Part shown: positions 38,779 through 51,937 of the stretch, one piece after another
Layout: every line of letters begins with the position of its first letter
How positions within the stretch are numbered: the stretch's first letter is position 1
Origin: Raillietiella orientalis
Lineage: Eukaryota
Direction of reading: 5' to 3'
Length of the DNA stretch: 64,000 bases
Assembly (NCBI GenBank): GCA_036172245.1
Contig: JAYWIR010000091.1
Location: 1-64,000 of the forward strand
Notes under the pieces: generated by a model
Seen by the model: only the letters and a program-made list of their open reading frames with translations
Database searches by the model: none
Told to the model about the DNA's origin: nothing
Position numbers and translations under genes: made by a program

Positions 38779-41700
38779 CTAGGTGTCCGCTAAGGCGCCG
38801 CGCTCATGCGATTAAAAAGGCGGATTCGCAAAGCGGCTGACGATCGTGGCTCACTCACAGCATTTGTGCACCGCGTACTCTTCCCGCAGACAACACTCTC
38901 TGCGATTGCAGAAAAGTCGGCGAAGTAAAAAAAATTCATAACACAACGAAACACTCAGAACGTCCGCAGCAGCAGCAGCCCTTCTTCCAGTACGGCTCGA
39001 TCTGGAATCCTGGTCTATCTGCAACACTGATGGAAGCGTGTGTTGCATGACATGGTCCAATGCGGGATCATGGTGCCGAGCCGTGTCGCTAGACGGAAAG
39101 CACCCGAGGTTATCCAAAGTTTGCACGCGCATTTCCACTGCAGCCAACGAGGTTTCATGTTAAATCGGTCGTGCAAATATCTTTTCCAGGCACAAAGGTG
39201 GGATTCCAAGCGTCAGACAGTTGACATTGGTAGCAAAGAACCAACAGATTTATGCGCGTATTAAAACTGCAGCAGATCTGCCTCCAATTGTCGTCAAGTT
39301 TTTGTCTACGCTGTTACTCACAATCGTTTTCGCGAAAGAAGTTAAATTTATTCTAGGCAATGACGTCTTCTTTGTTCCCTCGATGCTTCCTGGAACAAGG
39401 AATGAGCATGAGCTCAGAATGAGAATGTACACGGAGCACTTTTTTTTTCTTTATGTTCCGATCACCACCGCTGCAAGCATCTGTGAGTGCTCATGTGCAA
39501 GTCGGTTCATTTTTTGGTCGCAGTAGATTAGGAGAAACTCCAGCCCATCCGTGCCGGGCCCACCGTATAGGTTAGCGGATACTTTGCAGCTTGGGCTAAC
39601 TTCCGAAACAGGTGATGACGCTGCATAGTGGTTTGCCTGAGGATGCTCATTCCAGCACCCAGCAACGCGGATTCGAAACCTAGATTTTTTTCGTTTACAA
39701 GCACGAGAAATTCGTACTTCATATGTACTGTCTCTTTGCCGCACTACTCGCTTGTAGGAATTTCAAGCCTTCTGACATCGCCAGCTGTCTTTTGGAGGCA
39801 TGTTTGCCATGTTCCACATACAGTGATCTTCCAAAAGGAGTTGGACTCTAGAGAAACTAGGGAACGATGCTGAGGAAAGGTAAGCACTCGGATTCAATCA
39901 GCTGGACAAAAATTCGATTTTGAGCTCTTTGCTTCCGTGCGGGGTTCAGTGAATGCAGAATCAGCATCTCGCACCGTCTAGTTAGGACATAGAAAGTGCC
40001 CTCCCAGCTGCCGAAGATCGCCAACATTGCCGTGTTCGGGAACTTTTTCCTCTCTGTTGTGCGTTCTCGAACGACGCACTTAATTCTATTGTTTTTATCT
40101 GCCAAATCTCTCCTATTTGTTTTGATCTCGATCACATTCTCTTTATAGATGCATTTTTCTTCGTTTTTCTCCAGTTCCGATTTGTTCTTTTAAAAGCGAA
40201 TGTGCTGTGATCGCGGGACGCAGCACGTGGTGTTCTTTCGGAGAATCTCAAAGGGAGCATCCGGTACTGTCGTTCGCTTTTAAGCTAGAATTGGCAGTAT
40301 GTAAGAGATCTTCTGCTACCTTGCTAACGGTATGGTGCCCGCTTTGAAAAAAAACATCAGAATGGAGAGTGCAGTTGACAACAAATGTACTGAGAACTGA
40401 TACATGAAGGAAGCCTGGCGTATCCTCTTTCACAACTGTCAGGCGATGCAACTCGTGCTTGCGGTTAAATCTCTCATGTCACTGACTTCATGGAAGACTT
40501 CGTCACATTCAGTGAACCCTTCACTTTTCAGCTTGTGCATTTGAACGGCGATCGCAGCACAAGAAGCGTGATCAAGTAATTCTCGCAAAGCCAGCTCGGA
40601 AGTTGACGGCCTACCTGTAAGTTTCGAACTCTCACTCTCTCTACAAGGCTTCCCTACTTGCTGGAGAAATTCTGCATACTTGTGTTGGATAACAGACGCT
40701 GCAGCAGAGGGACAGGCGTTTTATAATTGTTGGTATAGATTTTGCGTTCTCGCAACAAATCTGGTTGGAGAAGGGAATTCAGAATGGGGAACAGCACTCG
40801 ATTGCGACTTACATGCTGGAAGCGTTGCAACAGTGTTCTTCTTTGTGTTCGTTCTAGGAAAGCATCACTCGTGCAGCACTCTGCTTACAAGTAACATAAG
40901 AGAAACGTGGCCTAGAGGAGCATAAAACCGGCTGCAATTTCCCATTGCTTTTTCTAGGCCTTTCAGTTCGCCTTGTTCCTGTGGACATTTAGTTTTCGAT
41001 ATCAAGCTGCGAGGTCCTTTTTTCTACGATACGGAGTTCGTTCGCTTTGCATCATTTGATTATCAGGTATTTATTCCAAGTAGCTACTGTTAAAACAGCA
41101 GATCTTAAAAGAATTCTCCGCTGGCCTTGTTAGTTTCTTTGCCGTTTTGCCGCGCGAATCGGCAGACTGCATTCATCCGCTCCTTCACACGCAGGTTTGC
41201 TGATAATCGTAAACGCATCTTGGTAGCGTTGATTCGTGGCGATTTCGCACGTCTGATTTGCAACTAACGTTCCTGCAGCTGTGACTCGTTCAATATTGCA
41301 TCACAGATACTGAGACAAAGGGCTTTCCAGAACAATGAGTGTCCGACACACTTGCCTAATGTCGTTCCAAGTTGTGAACATGGCTGCTATTGGTTGGCAA
41401 TGTGCGTAATTCGGGAAAAACGCTGGGGAAGTTTCGCGCCTCTCTTGAATGCAGCGCTCAAAAATCCACTCGTCCTGCTTAAAGTTCTAGAAGGCAGTAG
41501 GATGCTGTGGTGCATCTTGTTCACCATCGTAAACAGCATTATTAGAGAGAGCCATTGTATATTTGGTCGGACCGCGTTTCCTTTTCTTACGTTCGGCTTC
41601 TTGCATCCGGCGTCACGCAGTAAGCTTTCATCGCTCAACTGAGAGGAACGGAACGTTTCTTTAGCCCTCTGTTCGTTTGCATGCCAACTGCTTAAGGATG

Positions 41701-42480
41701 TGTTCTGGTTCCTGATGGGTCGCGCGCGTTCCTTCTCCGTGGATGCTACCGTCGAAACCAAACGTGGTCTCCACTTCCGTTCATCGCGTCGCAGAAAAGA
41801 ATCTTCCCAATTTGTACCGAGGTTGTCGATAGACTTGGGCTCCGTGGTACTCTCTAAAGAAGTGATTCCTTCTTTGCGAGTCTGATACTTCACATTGAGT
41901 TTGTGCTGCTGTTACGACTTGTGCAATGTTCATTTATCTTCACTTACCCGTTGAGGAAACTGCGTTGGTTCTCATTGTCCTTTTTCTGACCATGTGCGCT
42001 TTTACGGAAGCCATTCTTGCCGGTCACTGATGGCTTCTGGGGATGACTTGAATAAATTTGAATTCATACTCGCGGATGCGCTGAACGGGAGCTGCGACCT
42101 TCCGAAAGTCAAGTGCGCGCTTGGCATGCGTCCATCCATCGAACGCACTTGCGTACGGATTCCGAGTCTGCATACTTGCAAAATAGTGATTTTTTCTTCC
42201 CTTTGCAGCTATTCCTGCATCCTATGTCACATTGCTTACCTCTGTTGTTTCCCTTTAAATTGTCATCTTTCGGGTTATTTTTGTTCGTTCTTGTTTGGTA
42301 ATTCCGTCGTCATTCCCCGAATGTTCTCGTCTATCTTATGTCCGATGTGCTTCCCAATGGAACGCCCATTGGATGTTTCCAATTGTACGCAATGCACTCA
42401 ACGAAAAAGTCACGTGATTCTTCGTGGATTCGTGTGCCTCGTTGAAGTGCTCTTCAGTATGTTGCGTCCTTCTCTCGCCA
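38779..42480 (-). repeat. Right arm of ~3.7 kb inverted repeat, cut at its outer end by a delta 3' end
   Basis: See left arm; homology stops at the TTTTCACCC junction at 42481. Confidence 0.95.
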
Positions 42481-45414
42481 TTTTCACCCAGAATGCCAGG
42501 GCGTTTATTAAAATACTAACAGTCTTTGTAGTACAAGGCCTTGCTGCGGCCAGTAGTTCTCTGGTGATGTCGGGTAGTCGGTGCTTAGACCAACTTGACA
42601 CTTCACGGCAACGGATAGGTTGAAAAAATGAAAAACAAAAATAAAAGGAAAACATACAGTAAAAACACTGGTCAATTAGAGGGCCGGGATGAAATCACTG
42701 CCCGTTCCGTGGAGCTTCCATTCTTTCCAGGATGCCGACGAGGTCCTTGTACTGATTTCCCAGTAAAGGCCTTAGGGATGCTGTTCGCAGAAAGCGAGCT
42801 GCAAACTCAATGGCATCCCTTTCGCTGACATCCTCTGCTTCTTCGGATTCACTTCAAGCTGCCACAATACCGCGAACGCAGAAGAGAGCTGCTATTACAG
42901 CGGCTGGCTGCAGGGCGTACCGCACAAAGAGGAGCCGAGAAACGTCTCTGGGAAGGCCACCTTCCAGGATCCCTAAGCAGGAACCGAAACGTTCCCACAG
43001 GGGCCAGAGAGCAGCAGAGACAACTAAAAGGTGCGTGAGGATTTTACGCTGCCCACACCGGGCTCAGTTTGGTTTCACAGTTTCCCCAGTCCAATGGTGA
43101 CGGCGGGCATTGGTTGGGAGTCATCAGTGCAACAGCATCAGCGCCGACTCCTGCCGTTTTAGGGAAAGGATGCTTGTTCCTGTTATCGCTGGGGGCCACT
43201 TCAGGTCATTAGTCGTGATGCCGAGCAGCTCGCCCCTTCCTTGAAGTCCTTTGGGAAGGACGCTCAGGGTTATGGTGTCCGCCAGATGAACCATTGTCCA
43301 ACCGCTCAATAATTGTTCGCTGCCTTCCATAAGGTAAGAGACTTGCCACCTCGGCTTCCGGCTGCTGACAAGGGCCCTACGTAGGAAGGGCAGCACCGTA
43401 GCCAGGCAGGTCGTGTCTGCCTACGTTCTTCTGGCTGGACACTCCAGGATCTCGCTTAAAGTGCAGCGGGAGTATTTGCTTCGCCGTAGGCTATTCCACC
43501 TCTCGTGGCACTTCTGATTCACTATCGTCCGCGTGCCAACTGTTTCTGGAGCCATAAGCTGGAGTTGACGGGGCAGCATATCATCAACGCATTCTCCCTC
43601 GCCAGAGTGGCTGCACGTCTGTGGAGAAGGCCGCATCTTCTTGTCTTCCTTACACGACATAAAAGAAGAGATGCGAGTACTCCCGTTCCGGATGCACGTC
43701 TGGCAAGGAGGCGGGCAGGAACACACCACGGGGTGCTCCACAACTTTGCTGCGATAGCGAACACTCGTTATCGCAGCTAAATTTTTATGCGCTCCAGCGT
43801 CAGGATGCCAAGACCATTATCACGACGGGGAGCGCACAAGTCCATCAAAGGGTCTCGGCGCCTCCCCTCGCCACAAAGGGAGATGCGCAGGAGTTTCTTT
43901 GTCCTTTTTTTCATATTCATGGGGACGGGGAAAACAAAAAGTATTGGGCGAAGGATGGGGGCCGTAAAATCGCTCCATACTGCGGCCCGTTCCGGCAAGT
44001 GGAACTGCCCCTACAGGAACGGGCGGATCGCCAAGTCCACTTGCTGAAGACGACCTGACCATGTTTCTGACGGGCAGAAGTCCCCTAGCGGAACGCCAGG
44101 GTACTGCAGATGTGTGCCCGTCGGGATCCCCAGGCGGATCCAGTTAAACGGTCCTACCCACGTTGCTCCAACTGCCATTATCAACGATTTTGCCCTGTTG
44201 ACCCGTAGCCCTGTCCCACGGCTTAGCAGGTCGAAGAAATGTTCGACTGTCGTTGCCGAGGAGGACAATGAAAGCAGGAGCCCTAGATCGTCGGCATTTG
44301 CGGACACGGCAGGCGTGCCGGAACTTGAGGCTGGCAAGGCAGCCAAAGTAATCCTGCGTGCTCTCAGCACCAATACGAAGCGAGTGCTAAAGAGCAGGGG
44401 AGTGAGGCTTTTGCCCTGCCGAATCCCGCAGCGCACCGGCACGCCGTACACGTTCTGTCCTCTGAAACAGAGGTTTGTTATCGCGGCGCGCCAGCAAGAG
44501 CGCAGGAGCGCCGTTAAAGTAGGAGAAAAGCCCATTCGATGCAGAAGCTCTAGGAGGAGCTTCTCGTCCACGCAGTCGAACGATTTATGAAGGTCAACTG
44601 CGATCGCTAGAGCACCCTTGCCCTTCCGGCTGTCTCCATTCTGACCAGCGGTCACCCTTAAATAGGGGTTTTCGAGAGTTTCCTTGCGTTCTTTCATTTC
44701 TTCTTGTACATGGAACCATCTGCTGGCGAAGAACAGGTTAGCTTTTATACTTCGCCCGGGAACAGCGTAAGTCTGCTCCGGGCTAATTACGGATTCAACT
44801 ACCTGTCCGAGCCGCGCAGCTTACAGTTTCGCGACCAACTTGACGTCCGTGTTCACAACTGTGATCGGACGCCAGTTGGTTAGAATACGGAGGTCTCCTC
44901 CTTTAGGGAGAAGCCTCATCCTAGCTGACCGGAACGAGGCAGGAACATCGCCTTCTTCCCGGATCAGCTGTATCAATCTGTGCACCAAAGGAATCAACTC
45001 TGCCGCGAAGCTTTAAAAAAACTCCGCGGGCAGGCCTCCCTCCCTTGGGGCCTTCCGCCTCTTGAGCCCTTTAATCGCGGTTAGGATTTCACCGGTTGTA
45101 AAAGCTTCGTCGAGGCTTTTCATCTCTTCCTCCCCTAAGGCCGGGGATCCCTCCGGGAGCAACAGTCGCGATACGTCCCTCTCAGGAGGCTCCCTGGCGT
45201 ACAGTGAGGAATAAAATTTTCTCAGCATATGTCGAATTGCTGACGGGGCCGAGTGTTCACGGTCCTGGTCGTCCAGCAGGGTAAGCGGCCCGGACTGCCA
45301 AGCTTGCTGCTCAGTCCCAGCTCGATACTCGGCCAGGCGACGGACGTTGAGGGTCCTTGCATAACGACGGGCGTATAAATACGCATTTAGGTTGCGAGTT
45401 CCTTCCCCAAACCC
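42481..45414 (-). mobile_element. Delta copy 2: ORF2 from GFG linker motif to 3' end
   Basis: Begins GFGEGTRN; VDLHKSFD, GIRQG, NADD; ends AATAAACGCCCTGGCATTCTGGGTGAAAA. Confidence 0.92.
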
Positions 45415-45420
45415 TCTTCA

Positions 45421-47902
45421 TCGTGAGCGAACGTGTTTTTCCGTCGCTCCGCCTGCGTGGCAAGGCGAGCGTTTTTACTTGAGCATTTTGTGCTTTCACA
45501 TCGTTGGTGTCCGATGGTTACGATGCCAGAGGGCATTGCGATGAAAGTAGGCGTAAGGGAGGCTTGTTCGTCCCCACAGCCCACTGAATCAGGGGCATCC
45601 GCCCAGGATTCGTCCCAAGCGCTACAGACAAGGACTTGGAGTACCATGCTGGCAGCGCCCAGCGCCGAAGCCTTGGCAGAGCAGAAGGCCTATCGGGCAG
45701 CAGGGTAAAAACCCCCGCTGGTATACAAGGAAGGTCCATTGTTTGATGGGCGGACTGCATGCGCCTTTACGAAGGCGCGGCGAAACGCGAACATCAGAGA
45801 GCAAGATCTGCACGGCCTCTCCGTCCTCAGCGGGGGTCAGCGGGTCGAGATGGTACGCAAAGATATCACCTTGGCCGAACGCCTGATCGTCGATCCGCTG
45901 ATCGTTGATGGTGAGAAGATCTTGCCGGTGACGATGGATCGCTCCGTAGTGGTCCATCTCACCGGGACCACCAGCCGAGTGACGCAGTCAGCGGTTGGTG
46001 ATCAGTTATGCAGGCACGCTGAAGTGCACGCGTTGTGGCCGACGCCTACGATTTTTAAAAGCTAGAATAGCCTTTTCGGGGGCCAAGCCGCGGCGTGAGT
46101 CACGGTAAAAGAGGGCGGTGCGCTTACCTACAAGCTGGAGGTCTGCCAAGAAGCGATAGACGTCTGGTAAGTAAGGAAATCCCAATTTTGTGGCTACTGC
46201 AATGCAGTAGGGCATCTTAGGAAAAGGTGCCCGAACATTGTGTGCCACTTATGCGGGGTGTAAAGGCACGTTCGACGCGTGTGCCCCAAGCGCCTTACCT
46301 TGGTGCCCACTGCTGCCAAAAAAGCACAGGGAAAACGTGCGAAACTGGTCGAAAGACCAACGCAGGGAAACAGCCGTTCCCAGCCGCCAGCCCCAGCTCC
46401 TCATGCAAAGGCGGGGGGAGAAAATACTCCCGAAGACGCGAGAGTGAAGAAGGGTTAGCAGTTGGTTAAGGCCAAGAGAGAAAACAAGAAAATTCTGGCA
46501 GAAGAAAAGTCGGAGAAGAAAACTGCCGGCAAAAAGAAAAAAGCTGCGCCGCTTTCTAAAGAACTCCGGGAATGCTCGGTGGCATTGGTACGCTTAGCCG
46601 TTCCTGCCGAGGCCGCCTACGGCATTGCTCAACAGATAGCTGCTGAGGTCGCAACCGGTAATCGCGTGGACGAACCCATTCTACGTTTAGAGGGTGAGAC
46701 GCGAAACTCGCGGGCCGACAGCGAGGACGCCGCGCTCAGTAAGGTCGCAGAGGAGCCCGCGGCAACGTTCGCCGTCAGCAAGGACGCCGCGCTCGGTAAG
46801 GTCGCGGAGGAGGGCGCGGCAACGTTTGCCGCCAGCGAGGACGCCGCGCTCGATCAGGTCGCGGAAAAGCCCGCGGCAAGGCTCACCGATTGCGAGGACG
46901 TCGCCTTCGAAAAAGCGGTGGAGGAGCTCGCAGCAACGCTTGGCGAGCGCGAAACCCCGTTGCACAAGGGCGTCCGCAGGCCGGCACCGAAGAAAGTGCC
47001 TCCCAAAAGTGAGTCCGACCGGGAGGCCGGATATTCATCCTCCTCCGCGGAGGTACCTCCTCGAAAGGCAGGACGCTAGTCCCAGAAGCCCAAAAGGTGC
47101 CTTCCCGTTTCAAGCGAGGAGCAAACAGAGGAAGATCACGGCAGCGTGGCGGCCCCGGAGGGGGATCCTCCATGCGCGGACGCTGGCGCACAGGCGACGC
47201 CTATGGAGGAGGGTGAGCAGCGTAACGAAGCCAACCCTGCATGCGCCGAACCCAAGAAACCCGCCCCTATTGAGGAGGGCGATCAGGTAGGCGCGATCAC
47301 ACCTTCGGGAGACACGCCTGAGGCGCCGACACCAATGGAGAAGGAGGATCAGGTTCTCGACGCACGACCCGTTTCCCTCCTAGCCTCCCGCCCCAAGAGT
47401 TGGCGGACACCGCAATGCCACTTTCCCAGGATTCACACCTGGGCTCGCCTGTCGCCGTCGGAACCGCGCGGTCAGTTGGAATGTCAACGGGCTGCGCGAC
47501 GACGGCAGCAAACGAGATACAGCCGACACGCTGCGTGAGCTCGAACTGGCTCTGCAGCAGGAGATCAACGTGATCTTCGCGGTGGACGTCCACGAGATCG
47601 AATCGATCGCGTGGGGTCTGTTATACTAGCAAAGCGGCGCCCGCAACATCCGTATGGTCACGCTTTTTGTGAAGTCAGCCGTCGACGCTGCCTTGAAGGG
47701 CGTGCGTTTTGATGACGACGGTCAGGTCAACCAGCTGATTCTCAAATGGTCCGACTCAATCGACTTAAACGTCAGACACGTGTATGCCCCCAGCGGTAAG
47801 CAGAGGTACCGCGACCGTACTAGGTTGCTGCAGACGCTGAAGCGCGACTGGCTGGCGGACACGAACGTGCGAATGGCTCACCTGATGACGGGAGATTTCA
47901 AT
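45421..47902 (+). mobile_element. Beta, left part: 5' UTR, ORF1, EN up to GDFN
   Basis: GAGCGAACGTGTTTT 45425-45439; decayed ORF1 knuckles; WNVNG 47477; ends GGAGATTTCAAT 47891-47902. Confidence 0.88.
46720..46940 (+). repeat. 57-bp (19 aa) tandem repeat x4 in ORF1
   Basis: AGCRAGGACGCCGCG at 46720, 46777, 46834; SEDAALxKVAEEPAATF units. Confidence 0.88.
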
Positions 47903-49764
47903 CGAGTGCGGACGTGTTTTCCTTCGCTCTCGCCTCCGTGCTTTCATCCGCTTCATCTTGGCGTCGTACATTTTGACGACGATGTCGACCCAACTTGGAG
48001 CTACTGAAGGAGGAACAGCATCCGGATCTGCAATCGCGGAACCTACGGCCGCCTCCACTTCGTCTTTCTCGCCAATGGAGAGGAGTTTTGCTGACGTTGC
48101 TGCCACAGCAGCCGTCAAAGGGAAACCACTCGACGAGTCGGAGTTGCGGGCATACGTAGCCCAAGGCTATAGACCTGCTCTCCGATATGAGGTGAGTGGT
48201 TTTCTTTCTGCGCGCGACGGGAATCAGTTCAATGATGAACTAACCCGTTTTGGCGTGCGGGAGGAGGACCTTCTCGTTATTATGCCCGTAAAAGACATGG
48301 GCAATTTCAAGGTGCGTTGCAAAGACGCTGCACTTGTGCAACGCTTGCTGCGCAACCCGTTGTCGATCCGTGGCCACAAGGTCTTCCCAGCCGCCATGGA
48401 CGACTCATTTGTGGCGGAGATTTTCGACATCGAGTCAAAAATCTCCGATATTGATATTCGGAACGCGTTGGAGAAATTCGCGACGGTCCATGCGCAGTGG
48501 AGGGTGCGTAGCAACCTCAAGGACTTCCCGTCCATACACAGCGGAGTCGCTGGAGTCCGGCTTACAATGCCAGACCGCCGTCTGCTGCCTACCAAACTAC
48601 AGGTAAAAGACACGGTCGTTCACCTGTTGTTCGTGGGCAAAGTAAGAACGTGCGAGCAATGCGGGAAGGAGGGGCATTGTTTGGATAAATGCCCCTCTGG
48701 AAAATGCCGTTATTGCAAACTATCCGGGCACCAATTGAAAAATTGCCCGGATCGTTTGCGAAAAAAGGCAGCCGCGGAGCTTCATCTTAAGAAACAAAGC
48801 GCGGATAATAAAAAAAAATCTGCGAAAAACCTGGAGACCCCACGGCAGAAATTCGGTAAAAACGCGAGGCGGAATGTCGCTCCAAAGCAGCAGGAAACCT
48901 CGCACGCGAAGCCCTGCGCACCCCCTCTCGCAGCAGGGGAGCCGCAAAAGAAAGGGTGCGGGGAATCCGGGGCAATGGTAAGTCCCCCTGGGCGCAATAG
49001 CTGTCCTTCCCAAGCACGCCCGGATCTTTCGGATTTCGAGCAACCGGCGGGGACGTCAATGGACAACGGCGGTAAGGACACCTCCAGTACCGTCAGATCC
49101 ATTCCTTCACCTCCTGCACTGGCTGAGAAGCCCAAATCGGGTAAGAAGGGTTGTGCCGTGTTAACTTCGAAAGTCGGCAAAAAAAAATCCGCGTCGCGAT
49201 CCAACATTGCGGAAGCGGAGAAAACTCTCACGCCGTCGCAGTCGGAGAGCAAGCTCTCGACTGGCGGGGATGCCATGCCAACGAAGGGATTGAAAGCCCT
49301 TCCGAAGGCAGCGTCCATGACGAGCGTGTCGAAGCCATCCAAAGTGCTCCCGTCCAAAGACGCGGATGGCTTCAAAGATGGCAATGGAGCACAATCTTTA
49401 TTTATGGCGCCACGCGAAGTGAGGAACCGTAATGAAGTAAAGAAGACTTCAGCAAAGGTCCCTCGTGCAACTGCGCGTGAGCACGCTGAAAACGCGCGCG
49501 CCGGGAAAGCAGCCGTCACCAAAAGCGATGCTCTGGAGACTGAAAAAGACAACAGGACAGCTGTCAATCCAGCAGAACCTGTCACTACTTCGCGGGAGGC
49601 CGAAACCCGATCTAACATGCGCCGGTCGGACTCCGAAATGGATGCCGTCCCGATCACCGAGACGAGGACAACTCGTTCAATAGCGTGTGCTCCCCGATCA
49701 AAAGTAGGCAGCCAGGCAACGCCCGCCGCTAAGCAGCGCGAAGTCTCCACGAAACCCAACGGGG
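47903..49764 (+). mobile_element. Gamma, 5' end and almost complete ORF1
   Basis: CGAGTGCGGACGTGTTTT start; open 611-codon frame with ERSFADVAA, CEQCGKEGHCLDKC, CRYCKLSGHQLKNC. Confidence 0.92.
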
Positions 49765-51915
49765 TTTTTCACACGGGTAAGCCTGGGCTTTGATTACTAA
49801 AATTTTAACATTACAAAATTTTGTAATCAAGTCTATGTTCTTAAAATTTTTCGCTTTACGACGTCAGAAGTTCAGTGCAGAAGTTCAGTAGCACTTGTCC
49901 TTACCGACCCGGAGGCCGATAAGGTCCTTCACTGGCGCCGAGACGGGAAAAATAAAAGAAAACAAAAACAAAAAAAGAAAAACGTCTTGAGGGCAAAGTT
50001 TTTTGGGGAGGGGGAGGGAGGGGGGGATTATGGTGCGCCGTGAGCCGGCCTTTGCATCCGGTTTCGGATGCGAACAAGTGCTGGCAAATGATTTTGAAGT
50101 CGGCGCCAACGGCACGCTTTCTCCAAGGAGATCGCAGCCCAGTGGATGGCATTCCGGCTGGTCCTACCTCTCCTAGACGCGGTTCACTTCTCCAGGATAC
50201 CGCGTATGCAGCAGAGCACTGCTACGCTCCCGGGGGCTGGCAAGTTGTCTCGCGTCAGAAGGCGTGTGAATAAATTTTTCGTGTCACCCTCCGGAATGTT
50301 GAGGATCGACGAGAGTCTGTCCACATTTCGTGGAGGGCAACACACTCCAGAACCAAGTGGGAGAAGGTCTCCCTTTCCCCGCATTCTGCACAACTAGCAT
50401 CCACATTCCCCGATTTCCAGCGTGACAGGCGTGCTCTGCTTAAAAGTCCCCAGTGGAGCAGACGCAACGCCGTCTCCTGCCACTGCAGGGGAAGGGTGCC
50501 GTTGTCGCATGACGCTGGGGGCCACTTCACCTCCTCCGGAGGTATACCGAGCAGCGCGCCTTAGCGTAAAAGTCCGTTCTGCGGGACACTCGGAGTACTA
50601 GCGTTCGCTAGTTCCCACGGCGTCCACGCCTTCAGTGATTTTTTCCTGCCTCCGATGAGGCAGGACACTTCCCATGAGGCCTGTTGGTGGCTGTGTCGAA
50701 CTTCCCTGAGGGAGGCAGCACTGGGGCAAGGGGGGTGAAGGAAGCCCACAGAAGTTTCCGTGGGTTGGAAGCGATCTCCTGGAGTGGCTGACCAGCGTGC
50801 ATTCCTCTGCGGAGGCAGGAGAAGTCCTCATCGCTGGTGCCATTGATCTTCGCCCATGCGGATACGGACGCCTGAAGCCAGGTTGTCCAGTCCGCTGGGA
50901 TGCAGGAGATCCAAGGGTTGTCTCTCATCAGAGCAACCAAATCCCGCAGCTGATAACCACAATGGTTCAGGCTGCGTTTGTTGGCTACCAGGATTGAAGT
51001 CAATCCGAAGCACCTGGTTGCCCTGTGAGCAAGGAGTCTTGCTGGTGCACACCAGGGTGCTGTCCAAAACTTTGCCACAAGGGCAAGTTTTCTGAATTGG
51101 AGCTGCCGCTCCATGCGCTCCAACGTCAGGAGACCAAGTCCACCGTCCCTGCGTGGAGCGCACAAGTCTTTGAGCCGGACGCGAGGCCTCCGGTAGCCCC
51201 TGAGGGCTTTGTGTATAAGGACCCTAGTCCGTGTCCTAATTTGATACAAGGTAGGGCACACAAAAAGTAGGGGGCGAAGGAGGGGTTCCGCGAGAGCGTT
51301 CCATACCGTGGCCCGTTCCTGCAAGCGAAACTTGCCGTTCCGGAACGGGCCGATCGCCACGTCCACCTTTTGTAGACGGTCGGACCAGGCTTCTGCAGAG
51401 AAGAAGTGCCACAACGTAACGCGAAGGAACTTGATGTGCCTGCCCTTGGGGATCCCCAAGCGGATCCAGTCCGACCGTCCGGCCCTCTTCGAGTCGGTGA
51501 AAAGCAACGACGACTTCGTCCTGTTCACCTGGAGGCCTGTCCCACGGTATAGCAACTCGAAGAAATCCTCGAGCGCCGATGCCGGGGAGGACCTGGGAAG
51601 CAGGAGCAGAAGATCGTCGGCATAGGTCGACACGGAAGGCGTGCCGGGACACAAGCTCGGCAAGGTTGCCAAAGTCTCCCTGTATGCTCTCAGCACCAAC
51701 TCAAAGTAGATGCAGAAGAGCAGGGGGCTGAGGCTGTCACCTTGCCGGATGCCACGACGAACCGGCACGCGGAACACGTGCCGGCCGCTGAAATTAATAT
51801 TTATGAACGCGTAGCTCTGGCAGGAGCGCAGGTAGGCCAGGAAGACGGCCGGAAATGCCAAGGGTTCCAGGAGCTCCAGAAGGAGCTCCTGGTCGACGCA
51901 GTCGAAAACTTTACG
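49765..51915 (-). mobile_element. Epsilon copy 2: RT from KAFD-site to 3' end
   Basis: Begins RKVFDCVDQELL; 409 aa ORF with QGDSLSP, YADD; ends AATCAAAGCCCAGGCTTACCCGTGTGAAAAA. Confidence 0.9.
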
Positions 51916-51919
51916 TCGG

Positions 51920-51937
51920 CTAGAGCGGACGTGTTTC
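51920..51937 (+). promoter_or_regulatory. Conserved 5'-terminal motif (candidate internal promoter or initiator), representative copy
   Basis: GAGCGGACGTGTTT variants at element starts near 4983-5000(-), 9190(-), 15852(-), 25833(-), 26191, 27393(-), 45425, 47904. Confidence 0.6.

Noticed and set aside
46720..46940. CRISPR-like array
   Set aside because: Contiguous in-frame coding repeats with no unique spacers and no cas genes
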